DNA of 64,000 nucleotides. Source: an uncultured virus (IMG/VR IMGVR_UViG_3300031088_000775) (lineage: Duplodnaviria; Heunggongvirae; Uroviricota; Caudoviricetes). The position numbers and the translations under genes were made by a program. This document shows, one piece after another, positions 10,100 to 19,865 of this stretch (the stretch's first letter is position 1; the number at the start of each line of letters is the position of its first letter). The DNA lies in IMG/VR virus record IMGVR_UViG_3300031088_000775. One strand, written 5' to 3'. The notes under the pieces were generated by a model. The model did not search any database. It was given only the letters and a program-made list of their open reading frames with translations, and was not told the origin of the DNA.

Positions 10100-11474
10100 A
10101 AACATAACTTTTTACGTTTATAGAATTACAGCATTGGATTCCCATAAATATTACTACGGAGTCTCTCATGTGAAGAAAGCCAATGCAACTGAAGACGAAT
10201 GCTTAAATGATGGGTATTTCGGTAGCGGCGGTAATCACCCTAATAACAAGTTTCGCAATTGGAAAAATAAGTATAAAGATTTCTTGTTGAAAGAGATTCT
10301 AGAAATATTTAACTCTAAGGATGAAGCCTATTTATTTGAGAAAGAGATTGTTGGCGACCTTTACAAAACTGATAAAAACTGTTTAAATAGCACTTCTGGC
10401 GGTAAAGATAGTGGATTGAGAGATGTTAAAAGTTCTATTCTTGAAGGTGACTGCTCTATTCATGGAGTCACTCTCTTTAATAGAGAAACGTGTTTAAAGT
10501 GCAGGTCGCAAGAGTCTGTTAAAGAGGGTTTTTGCGAAACCCATGGGAATACTCTGTTTCAGGGTGATGTTTGCAGTTCTTGTAATAGCCAAAATTCTAT
10601 CTCATTAAGACTGTGTTTGATTCACGGATTAGTTAAACATAGAGGCAATAAATGCTTTAAATGTCGTAACCTTAATTATTTTATTGACAAATGTATAAAA
10701 CATGGAGAAACTCCTTTTAGAGGTAACTCTTGCTTAAAGTGTGATTACAGCGAAAATATTTTAAGTATGAAAAACTGCGAGATGCATGGAGAGTCAAAGC
10801 ATCTTTATGAATTATGTACTAAATGCAATGGAAGAAATATTCTAATTGACGGGGATTGTAAAGAGCACGGAGCTACTTTAATCTTTTATAAGTCTAAAAA
10901 GTGTCTTAAGTGTATCAATAGGAAAAGATTCTATAAAGACTTATGCGCCTCTCACGGTGAGGCAACCTTTATAAACAAAAAATGCACTACTTGTATAAGT
11001 ATTAACTTTTTTCAAACTTTAGATTGTTCAAAACATGGATTAGTAAAGCATCGAAATGATTCTTGTATGTCATGCTTTAATGAATCCTTAATCTCGATTA
11101 AAAACTGCGAAATTCACGGTGAGAGTAAACATAGAGGTGAATCATGCTATAAATGCACTAAAGTTAATTCAGTTAAAGAAGGTTTTTGCAAAGACCATGG
11201 TTTAACAATATTCCAAGGGGCAAAATGCGCAAAATGTTTAGTTGCTGATAGCGATTCACTTAAGATATGTACTAAGCACGGTAAGACTATTCATCGAAAA
11301 GATGTATGTCTTAAATGCTCTAACTCAAAGAATATGACTTTAAAAGACTGTGAAATACACGGTTTTTGCAAGCATTATGGGAATTCTTGTAAGAAGTGCG
11401 CTGCTATGAAAACTGCACATAAACGTTTTCATAGCAGTAGAAAGAATGAATTGTGCCCAAATTGTCAGTTTTAG
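10068..11474 (+). CDS. GIY-YIG (Seg-like) endonuclease fused to 12 tandem C-x2-HG-x8-C-x2-C zinc-finger-like repeats
   Basis: FYVYRIT...YYYG...YFGSG...EAYLFEKEIV...CLN N-terminal domain; ~27-aa repeats from about 10452 to the end. Confidence 0.75.
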   Translation: MKNSKKQTINENITFYVYRITALDSHKYYYGVSHVKKANATEDECLNDGYFGSGGNHPNNKFRNWKNKYKDFLLKEILEIFNSKDEAYLFEKEIVGDLYKTDKNCLNSTSGGKDSGLRDVKSSILEGDCSIHGVTLFNRETCLKCRSQESVKEGFCETHGNTLFQGDVCSSCNSQNSISLRLCLIHGLVKHRGNKCFKCRNLNYFIDKCIKHGETPFRGNSCLKCDYSENILSMKNCEMHGESKHLYELCTKCNGRNILIDGDCKEHGATLIFYKSKKCLKCINRKRFYKDLCASHGEATFINKKCTTCISINFFQTLDCSKHGLVKHRNDSCMSCFNESLISIKNCEIHGESKHRGESCYKCTKVNSVKEGFCKDHGLTIFQGAKCAKCLVADSDSLKICTKHGKTIHRKDVCLKCSNSKNMTLKDCEIHGFCKHYGNSCKKCAAMKTAHKRFHSSRKNELCPNCQF

Positions 11475-11529
11475 TCATGTCTTCGATATTAAAAATACTA
11501 TTATTATTTAATCTTTACGGAGGAGTTCA

Positions 11530-12000
11530 ATGAGTCAAGGTCAGGGTCTTGTTTCTATAAACATGACTAGCTTCTTTAAGAGGAAACTCTTCATGTATTC
11601 CATTGGGGATATTAAGTTTAAGAAGCCTATTGCTCTTAAGAAAGTTGGTTATATTACTGCTGCTTTTATTCTCTGGACAATTCCAATTTTAGTTATTTTT
11701 GGAATACATTTAAATGTCTGGTATGCACTTTTTGTAATTGCGCCTCCAATTATCTTTGGTCATTATGCTTCTGAGCCTAAATTTAGCGGGATGACTCTCA
11801 TTGGATGGCTGAAGAATGCTTTCGAGTTTATGACTACGCCTAAAGGTTGGTCTGATAGCGGGCCAGTACATGAAGCCGATTGCAAAGGGTCTTTCAAAGT
11901 TGACAATGAGATATGGATTAGCCGAAGAAGAGAATTGCAAATTCTAGCAGATTTACGAGAAGAAAAACTCAAGAAGGAATCAAATGAGTCAGGAAATTAA
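11530..12000 (+). CDS. TcpE/VirB3-like conjugation membrane protein
   Basis: FFKRKLFMYSIGDIKFKKPI followed by two TM helices; overlaps the start of the VirB4-like ATPase; GGAGG RBS. Confidence 0.6.
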   Translation: MSQGQGLVSINMTSFFKRKLFMYSIGDIKFKKPIALKKVGYITAAFILWTIPILVIFGIHLNVWYALFVIAPPIIFGHYASEPKFSGMTLIGWLKNAFEFMTTPKGWSDSGPVHEADCKGSFKVDNEIWISRRRELQILADLREEKLKKESNESGN

Positions 12001-13162
12001 TTATTCAACTAGTGCTTTAATTGCAACTACCACTGGTGGTCTTGAAATGCCGGTATTCTATGACCCGCATACTCAAATTTATAATAGCAAGCCACCAGCT
12101 TCAGTCATTACGGGTGCGCCCGGTTCTGGAAAGACATTCTTAGCTTTAACTCTTACTGCAATTAGCACGATTATGGGCAAGACTACTGTTGTACTCGACC
12201 CTAAAGGTGACTTTCTTTCATTAATGAATATTAAAGAAGATATTGGAAGTTTTGAACTATGGAATCTTATGGACAATAGGAATAAAGGTATTCTTGATCC
12301 GTTCAATATGGCTAAAACTGAAAGCGAAACTCTTTCGTTAGTTCTTGAAACTATCGAGTTGTTCATGGGTGGGCTTCGGGATGAACAGCTTACTGCTTTA
12401 TCACCAATTGTTCAAGACGTTATGGATGAGAAGTCACCTAGTTTAACTAGAGTTGTTTCAATGCTACGTAGTAGTCAGAATCAAGCTGCTCAGCATATGG
12501 GGACTCGCTTAAACATGATTAGTAAGATGAATTTTGCTAAACTATGTTTTGCTCCCGCATCTAGAACATCGAATAAAGTTAATTTATCAGGTGGGCTTAC
12601 AGTCATTACTCTTTTAGGATTAAACCTACCCAGTAGCCCTGAAGAAGCTAAAGAGTCTAATGAAGGCCGACTTGCTTCGGGCATTTTCTTCCTTTTGACT
12701 GATTTTATTCGAAGAGTTATGGAAGATGATCAATCAGTTAAGCCGAAAACATTAGTGATTGATGAAGCTTGGGCTGTTATATCGTCTAAGGCAGGCGCTC
12801 AAACAATCAAGAAGGTTAGCTTACTTGGTCGATCTAAAGATATTGCAATGATTCTAGTAACTCAGAGCCCTAAACATCTTGAAGGTTTGGATATTGAGTC
12901 AACAATAAAAACTAGGTTCGCCTTTTCTACATCTACAAACGAAGCTAAAATACTTATTGAAGACATGAATCTCCCCCTTAATGAAGGATTTGAGAAGATC
13001 ATAACTAATCTTTCGCGAGGTGAATGTTTAATGCAGGATTGGCGTGATAAGTATTCAACAATCAAAATAACAAGCTGGAAGAAAGACTGGATGACAGCTT
13101 TCGCAACTAATCCACTACAAAAGAGACTTCAGAAAATGCAAGACAGCAAAGCAAGTGCTTAA
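11984..13162 (+). CDS. VirB4/TcpF-like conjugative ATPase (ATPase domain only)
   Basis: Walker A GAPGSGKT, VLDPKGD, Walker B LVIDEAW, GRSK, LVTQSP, LSRGECLMQD. Confidence 0.8.
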   Translation: MSQEINYSTSALIATTTGGLEMPVFYDPHTQIYNSKPPASVITGAPGSGKTFLALTLTAISTIMGKTTVVLDPKGDFLSLMNIKEDIGSFELWNLMDNRNKGILDPFNMAKTESETLSLVLETIELFMGGLRDEQLTALSPIVQDVMDEKSPSLTRVVSMLRSSQNQAAQHMGTRLNMISKMNFAKLCFAPASRTSNKVNLSGGLTVITLLGLNLPSSPEEAKESNEGRLASGIFFLLTDFIRRVMEDDQSVKPKTLVIDEAWAVISSKAGAQTIKKVSLLGRSKDIAMILVTQSPKHLEGLDIESTIKTRFAFSTSTNEAKILIEDMNLPLNEGFEKIITNLSRGECLMQDWRDKYSTIKITSWKKDWMTAFATNPLQKRLQKMQDSKASA

Positions 13163-13229
13163 ACTTGATACTTTCTGATATTACTAAAGATTAAAATAAT
13201 TTTGCACTCTAGGAAGGCTAAAGGTCAAC

Positions 13230-14237
13230 ATGGCTCAAAAGAATAAATCGGGCAATTCTTTTTGGAAGAATAACAGTGTAATAATTGGCGGCATTGCTGC
13301 TCTTATTGTTATTGCTTTCGTAGGTATTGCGACTTTTCTACAATCGTTCTATCAGACTGAGACTTACTATGTTCTAAATGATGAGTATGGAGACACATTC
13401 CCAACAAGAACTGAAGTTACTGAAGACATGCTTAAACCTCTAATTATTGCTGAAGGTTCTGCGCCACCTAATGCACTTCCTTTAGAGACTATCCAACAGA
13501 ACTACGTTTACACTAAATTTGCCCTAAACGCAGGAGATGTTCTAACATACTCTAATGCTGGCCCTGTTACTGACATTTCTTCAGGTGTTCCTGAAGACTG
13601 GGTAATAACTAACTTCTCAGTCGGAGCTGATAATGCTGTTGGTGGACGTATTTACGCTGGAGACTACTTTGATATGCTTGTAGCCACTGAAGATGGTTCA
13701 TTCTATCCTTTCGTGAATGTTTTAGTACTTGACGCAACTGTTGACCTTTCAGGTGCTTCATCTGCTGGTGCCGCTGAAACTGAAGAGGCTTATGATGGTC
13801 AGACTTCACAATATGTAGTTGCAATGTCACCTAAGAATGCTGCGACTCTACACAATATAGTTCAAAAGTATAGCGATTCAATACGTCTAGTAATTTCGCC
13901 TAAGCAAAATGACTACAATGCTCCTAAACTATCAGACTACAATGGAATGTTCAAATTCGAAAATGGTTCAAGCCCAATCTGGCCTGGTAAATCATCTGAT
14001 AACTGCACAGTTAAAGATGGGGATTCTGAAAAGACGGTTTCCTCTTGCGAAATCACTGATTCTAACTTTTATAGTGTCGATAGAAATGCAGCTGGCGAAC
14101 CTGTTGAGCAATCAACTACTAAGACTGGCGGTAATACTCGTGGTGATTATGCGAAGATTCCTGTTGAAGACCAGAAACATCCAGATTCCGATATTAATGA
14201 AACAAACGAAGAGAATGCTGCATCTGAAAATCAGTAA
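13230..14237 (+). CDS. cpaB: Flp pilus assembly protein CpaB/RcpC-like
   Basis: N-terminal TM, SAF-like region (EVTEDML...LNAGDVLT), AVGGRIYAGDYFDML, NVLVLD. Confidence 0.65.
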   Translation: MAQKNKSGNSFWKNNSVIIGGIAALIVIAFVGIATFLQSFYQTETYYVLNDEYGDTFPTRTEVTEDMLKPLIIAEGSAPPNALPLETIQQNYVYTKFALNAGDVLTYSNAGPVTDISSGVPEDWVITNFSVGADNAVGGRIYAGDYFDMLVATEDGSFYPFVNVLVLDATVDLSGASSAGAAETEEAYDGQTSQYVVAMSPKNAATLHNIVQKYSDSIRLVISPKQNDYNAPKLSDYNGMFKFENGSSPIWPGKSSDNCTVKDGDSEKTVSSCEITDSNFYSVDRNAAGEPVEQSTTKTGGNTRGDYAKIPVEDQKHPDSDINETNEENAASENQ

Positions 14238-14321
14238 TTCTTACATATAGCAAACCAATTCTTCGACTACCACCGAAGATTTGATCCTTAGGGGTCAATC
14301 AATGAAAGAAAAGGAAAAGCA

Positions 14322-15668
14322 ATGGCTCAAGTAAAACCTAAAGTTATATTTGTTGGCGACCAACGTATTGGTAACTTTTTTGAAGTCAGAAAGACTGAAT
14401 GGGATTTCGCCGCATATGCTGAAAATATCATGTCAGTTTGGACTGGATTAAAATCTGGTAAAATCGACAACCAATCACAGGTTATTCTCATATCAGACCA
14501 ATTCTTTGACCCATCAGGTCAAGATGACTCTCTTGAGCAGTTAGTTGCCGCAATGGCCCCATACTGCTTTATAGGCATTGTAAATTATAATGAGGCTCAA
14601 AGAGAAGAGATTCGATCTCGAATTGAAGGGCGCCAGGCTGCATTATCAGCAACTGACGCTAAATTCTACTTCATTCAGAAAAAGAATCCTATTAACAGTT
14701 TGAATATTTCTATAAAAGACTATATTAAAACTAGTGGTAATGAGAATGTTATTGCTATTCTTGAAGGTCGTGAAGTTGTTCAAGAAGAGGTTCCTGAAGA
14801 ACCTGAAGAGGACTACACTCAAAAATATAATAATATAGACGAGGCTGCCTCGAAATATCTAGGGCAAGTTGTTGCGGTAACATCTAGTAAAGGTGGTTCC
14901 GGTAAGTCTACTGTGGGTATTATGCTTGGTACTTATTTAGCTCACTCTTCAGTAAACTCAGTCAAAGAGGGGAAGGCTGAAAGACCTCTTAAGGTGTGTA
15001 TTCTCGACCTTGACGTTCGAGATGGTCAGATAGGATTCTTAACTAATCTTTCAAGCCCTACTGTAATTAATCTAAGGCTTAAAGGAATCTCTCAGGAATC
15101 AATTGAAGAGACTGTAATCCACAGCCCTCGCTTAAAGCTCGATCTACTTCTTGCTCCAAAGCGACCACGTCACTCAGATGAAACCCCTCCAGATTTTTAT
15201 GTTGAATTGATACACAATCTAAGAAGAATGTATGACTACGTCATCCTTGATACTTCCGTTAACTATCTAGACCCCCTACTTGAAAAAGTTGCTTACCCTA
15301 CAGCTGACCAAATTGTCTTCGTAACAGACATCGTTGTCAACTCAGTTCTATCAATGGCTCGATGGGTACACGAAGTAACTAGCCCTAAAGAAGCCGGAGG
15401 TATGGGTATCCCTAAAGGCAAAATTGGTATTGTTGTAAACAAGGCTCTCGCACAAGTCAGCATGTCTGGTGAAAAAATTGTGAAAAGTGCTCAAGGTATT
15501 GGAATCGTTACGGCTATACCTTCGAACCCAAAGATTATTGCCCACGCAGCGAACATGTCCGCAATGGAAGTTCTACTTAAACACCCCGACTTAGTACCAG
15601 CGATAGAGCGTCTTGCTTGGGCTGTAGTCGGAAACAAATACAAGTTAAGTAAAAACGTAGAGGCATAA
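14322..15668 (+). CDS. cpaE: CpaE/TadZ-like MinD/ParA-family ATPase
   Basis: Receiver-like N-terminus, deviant Walker A SSKGGSGKST, LDLD, YDYVILDT, IVVNK. Confidence 0.75.
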   Translation: MAQVKPKVIFVGDQRIGNFFEVRKTEWDFAAYAENIMSVWTGLKSGKIDNQSQVILISDQFFDPSGQDDSLEQLVAAMAPYCFIGIVNYNEAQREEIRSRIEGRQAALSATDAKFYFIQKKNPINSLNISIKDYIKTSGNENVIAILEGREVVQEEVPEEPEEDYTQKYNNIDEAASKYLGQVVAVTSSKGGSGKSTVGIMLGTYLAHSSVNSVKEGKAERPLKVCILDLDVRDGQIGFLTNLSSPTVINLRLKGISQESIEETVIHSPRLKLDLLLAPKRPRHSDETPPDFYVELIHNLRRMYDYVILDTSVNYLDPLLEKVAYPTADQIVFVTDIVVNSVLSMARWVHEVTSPKEAGGMGIPKGKIGIVVNKALAQVSMSGEKIVKSAQGIGIVTAIPSNPKIIAHAANMSAMEVLLKHPDLVPAIERLAWAVVGNKYKLSKNVEA

Positions 15669-15845
15669 ATAAGTTTCGTCTTGCCCGATTATAGACGAAA
15701 AAACGGAGAGGTGCTGTTCCTAGTGGTAGGGGACATAGCACCTCTCTTTCTTTTTACCCTCTTTAGATTAACGAAATTAAAACTATACAAAACAATGAAA
15801 CTCATGATAGAATATAAACAAAACAAAAATGTCGTAGGAGAAAAA

Positions 15846-17969
15846 GTGATTGAACAAAACGTTGCAACAAGTATTCTAACTACAGAAGAAGTTGAAGGTC
15901 TTATTAACGAACTTCATGAAGCTTCTGTAAAATACTACCAAACAAATGAAGACTCAGGAATTAGCGACTCTGACTTTGATGCTAAATTAGAATACTTACA
16001 GGAATTAGCAGCAACAGAAAATTATAAAACACTATTCAGCCCAGGTAGCAAAGGATATAGCCTTATTGAAAATGCTGTAGCTTTAGGTACTTCAATTGAC
16101 GAAGAAAGCGAAACATTCACACATAAGTCTCCAATGCTCTCTCTCGACAAAGCTAAAAAGGTTGAACAACTTGACGCATACTTAAAGCGAGTTCGAGCAA
16201 GCGGAGCTAAGGGCTTTAGGCTGCAGGCGAAATTTGACGGTCTCGCTTTATCTGTTCATTATAATAAAGGTAAAATCACAACTATAGCAACTCGCGGAGA
16301 TGGGCTCGTCGGCGCTGACTCGACTTTCATGCTAAACGATAGCGATCTATCAATCGTAGGCCTACCAAGAAGCGTATCAAATCAAAAGAAGCTCGAAGTT
16401 CGCGGTGAACTTATGTTCACTACACAGCAATTCAAAAAAGCTGACGATGCCCGCTTTAAACTAACTGGACAAAGATTCAAAAATTCTAGAAATTCTGCTT
16501 CAGGCTTATTAAAGAAATCTAAGGCGGGAATTGGGTACCCAGTAGAGCTTACATTTGTCGCTTACTCAGTACTAGAGAATAATGAGTTAACAGAATTATC
16601 GAAAGCTTCTGAAGAAGAAGGTTTCTTAAACGCAGATAATCTCACTGCTAAAGTTACACCGACAGTAAAGCTTGAAGGTTTTGCAAATGACGAAGAGCTA
16701 ATGGAGAATATTCAAAAGTTTGGTAATCTCCGAGAAAGCCTAGACATTCCAACTGATGGAATCGTCATCAAACCAATTGAAGAAGCTAAACTGCATAAAA
16801 CTATGGGGGTAAAAACATCACACCCAGCTTCTCAAATTGCCTGGAAGTATCCTTCTGAAACTGCAGAAACATTCATTAAGTCTATTGACGTAACTGTAGG
16901 AAAGACTGGAAGGCTAACCCCTGTGGCTAGAATTGAGCCAGTAGAGCTTGATGGTTCCGAAATCTCTAATGCATCTCTACATAATTTCAATCTTATAGCC
17001 ATTAAAGATATTCGCATCGGTTCAATTGTCAGAATCGAAAAGGCTGGAGAAATCATTCCTCAGGTTGCATCAGTAATTAAGAATCCTGAGAATACTACAA
17101 AAATTGTAGCTCCAACACACTGCCCATCCTGCAGTAAAAAACTTGACTACAATCCAATTGAAGGTTCACTTCCGCCAAAAACTATTAAGTGCGCTAACAT
17201 AAATTGTCCATCGCGAGAATTTTACGCTTTAATGACTGCAGTAGGAAAGAATTATTTTGACATTGATGGGCTTTCAGAGTCAACTTTGACATTCTTCACT
17301 GAAACCAAGAGAGTGCTCAACATTGCTGACATTTTCACTCTAACTAAAGAGGAGTTAGCGAACTCTACTAACGGCTACACTGAAAAAGGCACCGCACGTC
17401 GCCTAGGTGAATCAAAGGCTGAACACATTCTAAAATACATTGAAAATTCAAAGACGAAACCGCTACCTAAAATTCTTGCAGCTATGAATGTTGACTTGCT
17501 TGGTCGAACAGCCTCAAAGAAACTCGAAGCAGCTTTTAAAGATATTGACGGTATTTTAGCTGCTAGCGAAGATCAAATTCGTTCTGTTGATGGTTTAGGT
17601 GACATTACAGCAGAAAATATCTATAATGGACTTCAATTACGACGTGAATTAATTAATAGGCTTCGAGAACTTGGTGTAACCTTCGGTAAGATTGAATCTA
17701 CTGAAGACGAAAGTACTCAGAAAGAAGACAATGCTATCCGCGGTCTCTCGTTTGCTATTAGTGGTTCAGTCCCCGAACCCTTCGGAAATAGAACTAAATG
17801 GGTTGATTATATTGAAGAAAATGGAGGTGTATTCCATTCAGCCCCTAAAGCGGAAACAAATTACATGGTAGGTAACAAAGATGACTCATCTTCAAAGATC
17901 AAAAAGGCGCTTAAACTTGGAATCGAATTTTTGACTGCTGAGGAATTTACAGAACAATTCGTAAAATAA
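15846..17969 (+). CDS. ligA: NAD-dependent DNA ligase
   Basis: YY...SDSDFD, HKSPMLSLDK, KFDG, TRGDG, EVRGE, DGIVIK, VGKTGRLTPVA, CPSC zinc finger, HhH and BRCT; GTG 15846 has a GTAGGAG RBS. Confidence 0.95.
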   Translation: MIEQNVATSILTTEEVEGLINELHEASVKYYQTNEDSGISDSDFDAKLEYLQELAATENYKTLFSPGSKGYSLIENAVALGTSIDEESETFTHKSPMLSLDKAKKVEQLDAYLKRVRASGAKGFRLQAKFDGLALSVHYNKGKITTIATRGDGLVGADSTFMLNDSDLSIVGLPRSVSNQKKLEVRGELMFTTQQFKKADDARFKLTGQRFKNSRNSASGLLKKSKAGIGYPVELTFVAYSVLENNELTELSKASEEEGFLNADNLTAKVTPTVKLEGFANDEELMENIQKFGNLRESLDIPTDGIVIKPIEEAKLHKTMGVKTSHPASQIAWKYPSETAETFIKSIDVTVGKTGRLTPVARIEPVELDGSEISNASLHNFNLIAIKDIRIGSIVRIEKAGEIIPQVASVIKNPENTTKIVAPTHCPSCSKKLDYNPIEGSLPPKTIKCANINCPSREFYALMTAVGKNYFDIDGLSESTLTFFTETKRVLNIADIFTLTKEELANSTNGYTEKGTARRLGESKAEHILKYIENSKTKPLPKILAAMNVDLLGRTASKKLEAAFKDIDGILAASEDQIRSVDGLGDITAENIYNGLQLRRELINRLRELGVTFGKIESTEDESTQKEDNAIRGLSFAISGSVPEPFGNRTKWVDYIEENGGVFHSAPKAETNYMVGNKDDSSSKIKKALKLGIEFLTAEEFTEQFVK

Positions 17970-17990
17970 CTTATTCTAAAATTTAATAAT

Positions 17991-18036
17991 AAAAGATCGC
18001 TGGTGTGCAAACTGCATTGCTATCAGCGATCTTTTT
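17991..18036 (+). terminator. Intrinsic terminator after ligA
   Basis: AAAAGATCGCTGGTG...TATCAGCGATCTTTTT. Confidence 0.65.
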
Positions 18037-18084
18037 AAGTTCAATAACCGCATTAAAATCATTCTGTAAGGCGGTAATAGACTG

Positions 18085-18240
18085 CGGGATAGCGCTGTTT
18101 TTAGACTGTAAAATCTAGATTTGGTGTAGTCATGCAGTAGACAGTATTTACTGCAAAAACTGTTAAAAACTGCAAAAACACCACCTAGTTAGACCCGAGC
18201 CTATCACGGCAAACTAGGTGGTGCTACTAGGACCGTTTTT
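18085..18240. repeat. Dispersed ~180-bp structured element, copy 1 (core loop inverted relative to flanks)
   Basis: CACCACCTAGTT(18179-18190)-21 nt-AACTAGGTGGTG(18212-18223); left flank GTCATGCAGTAGACAGTATTTACTG matches other copies. Confidence 0.85.
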
Positions 18241-18482
18241 AAGAGTTAGTATAAAATCTTAAAAACACTATTCTCAAGGGAAATTCAGTAAGCACACTTC
18301 TAAGTATTTAAGGAGCAGTTTGAACGAGTTACTAGAATAAAAAAAGAATGAAAGACTTTCTACAATAACCCCCCAATTTATAAATAAAAATAAAAAAGAG
18401 CCGCTAAAATTTTAGCAGCTCTTTTAAAGTATATACATAAGTATAAAGAAGATAACAGAGTAATTCTATAATTTATGAAGTA

Positions 18483-18854
18483 TTAGAACTTGCAGGAATC
18501 GTCTCCATGAATTTGGTCCATAGTAATCTTCTCGTTAACATTAGAGTAACAGAATGATTGACCAACCTCAACTTCTTTAAAAGTTTCTTTATCGATAGGA
18601 ATGAAAATTACACTATTATCTACACGATCTAATAGAAGCTCAACCTGCCATGATTCTGGATCAGTGTCACCCTTAATCTTACTTAATAAAGAATCAGAAT
18701 CTTCATTAATAATATGATCTTTTCCTACTACTGAGACTTTACCCTCGTAAAGATCTACACTCTCGTTCTGAGGGGATACGACTGCGCAAGCCGACAACAA
18801 ACCAATGGCTGTAAAAGCAGTAACAGCCTTAACTAAATAATTGAATTTAAACAT
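18483..18854 (-). CDS. Lipoprotein
   Basis: Lipobox LSAC; leaderless start after TGTTATAAT. Confidence 0.7.
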   Translation of the reverse strand: MFKFNYLVKAVTAFTAIGLLSACAVVSPQNESVDLYEGKVSVVGKDHIINEDSDSLLSKIKGDTDPESWQVELLLDRVDNSVIFIPIDKETFKEVEVGQSFCYSNVNEKITMDQIHGDDSCKF

Positions 18855-18922
18855 AAGTAAATTATAACAAAAAATAAAAGAAAAATAAATCTAAGTAAAA
18901 GCAGTATTATCAAACTTATAGA

Positions 18923-19843
18923 CTACAGAGAACTATTAGAAGATTTAAAAATATGCTCAAGGATAGACTTTAAAAGAAAACTATCTAGTACCTCATCTTC
19001 CCAAATATGCAAAAGTCGAATCCCTAACTGTTCTTCGCACAACCTACTTTTTAACTCATGGTATTCAGGGCCCTTAAAGACTTCACCATAACGAGTGAGT
19101 CCATTATCCATGAAGCGGGAATGAGTATCAAAATCATTAACCTCAATTGCTAAATTAAGACTTGGAATCATAAAATCTAATTCTAAAATTCTTCCATCAG
19201 TATTTCGCAAAGGTCTTTTATTACGAAGTATATCGTCAGGAGAAAGTCCAAAGTCTAAGAGTGCTTTAAAAACAATAGACTCTAACTGAGACTTCTCTTT
19301 ACCCTTACGACTATCAAACAAATCAAAATTAGCATAAGTAGGTATATTACGCACGTTAAAATAAGCCCTCACATCTTGAACCCTAGGTTTACGATTAAAC
19401 TTCTCAAAAAAGTTTTTAGCCCAAAGGTTAATACTTTTATACTCGACAGTCTTTTTAAAATCAAAGTCATCACTTAAATTAACGCAGATAGAGTCACAAT
19501 AATCAATATTCAAAGATCTACTCTCACACTTAAGATCTAACTGTGTAAAGCATCTCTTGCAATTTTTAATAATCTTCTTAAAGCAGAATTCTTGCTGAGG
19601 CGTCCCTTTAAAATCACCGCCACACATAGAGCATCTCTTAAGAATAGCTTTAGAATTAGCTAGAATGGCAGAACAGCTTTGCGAACAACTTTTAGGAATT
19701 CTTTTTCTACATGTATAAGAGTAATCTTTAAGACAATTACGACATTTAGCATTCTTTAGTTCACAGCAGAATACAGAATTAGCCCTCCCTATAAACTCAA
19801 TGTTACAGAGAGGGCATGTATGTAGATTCTTACTATTAACCAT
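18923..19843 (-). CDS. Cys-rich zinc-finger protein with C-terminal PD-(D/E)XK/Vsr-like endonuclease (homing-endonuclease-like)
   Basis: Multiple CxxC units; LELDFMIPSLNLAIEVND...LLHIWEDE. Confidence 0.7.
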   Translation of the reverse strand: MVNSKNLHTCPLCNIEFIGRANSVFCCELKNAKCRNCLKDYSYTCRKRIPKSCSQSCSAILANSKAILKRCSMCGGDFKGTPQQEFCFKKIIKNCKRCFTQLDLKCESRSLNIDYCDSICVNLSDDFDFKKTVEYKSINLWAKNFFEKFNRKPRVQDVRAYFNVRNIPTYANFDLFDSRKGKEKSQLESIVFKALLDFGLSPDDILRNKRPLRNTDGRILELDFMIPSLNLAIEVNDFDTHSRFMDNGLTRYGEVFKGPEYHELKSRLCEEQLGIRLLHIWEDEVLDSFLLKSILEHIFKSSNSSL

Positions 19844-19865
19844 TTGTAAAGACTTTCAAAAAGTA

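Noticed and set aside
14250..14300. tRNA-like paired hairpins
   Set aside because: No acceptor stem or TTCG T-loop geometry; no tRNA recognised in the window
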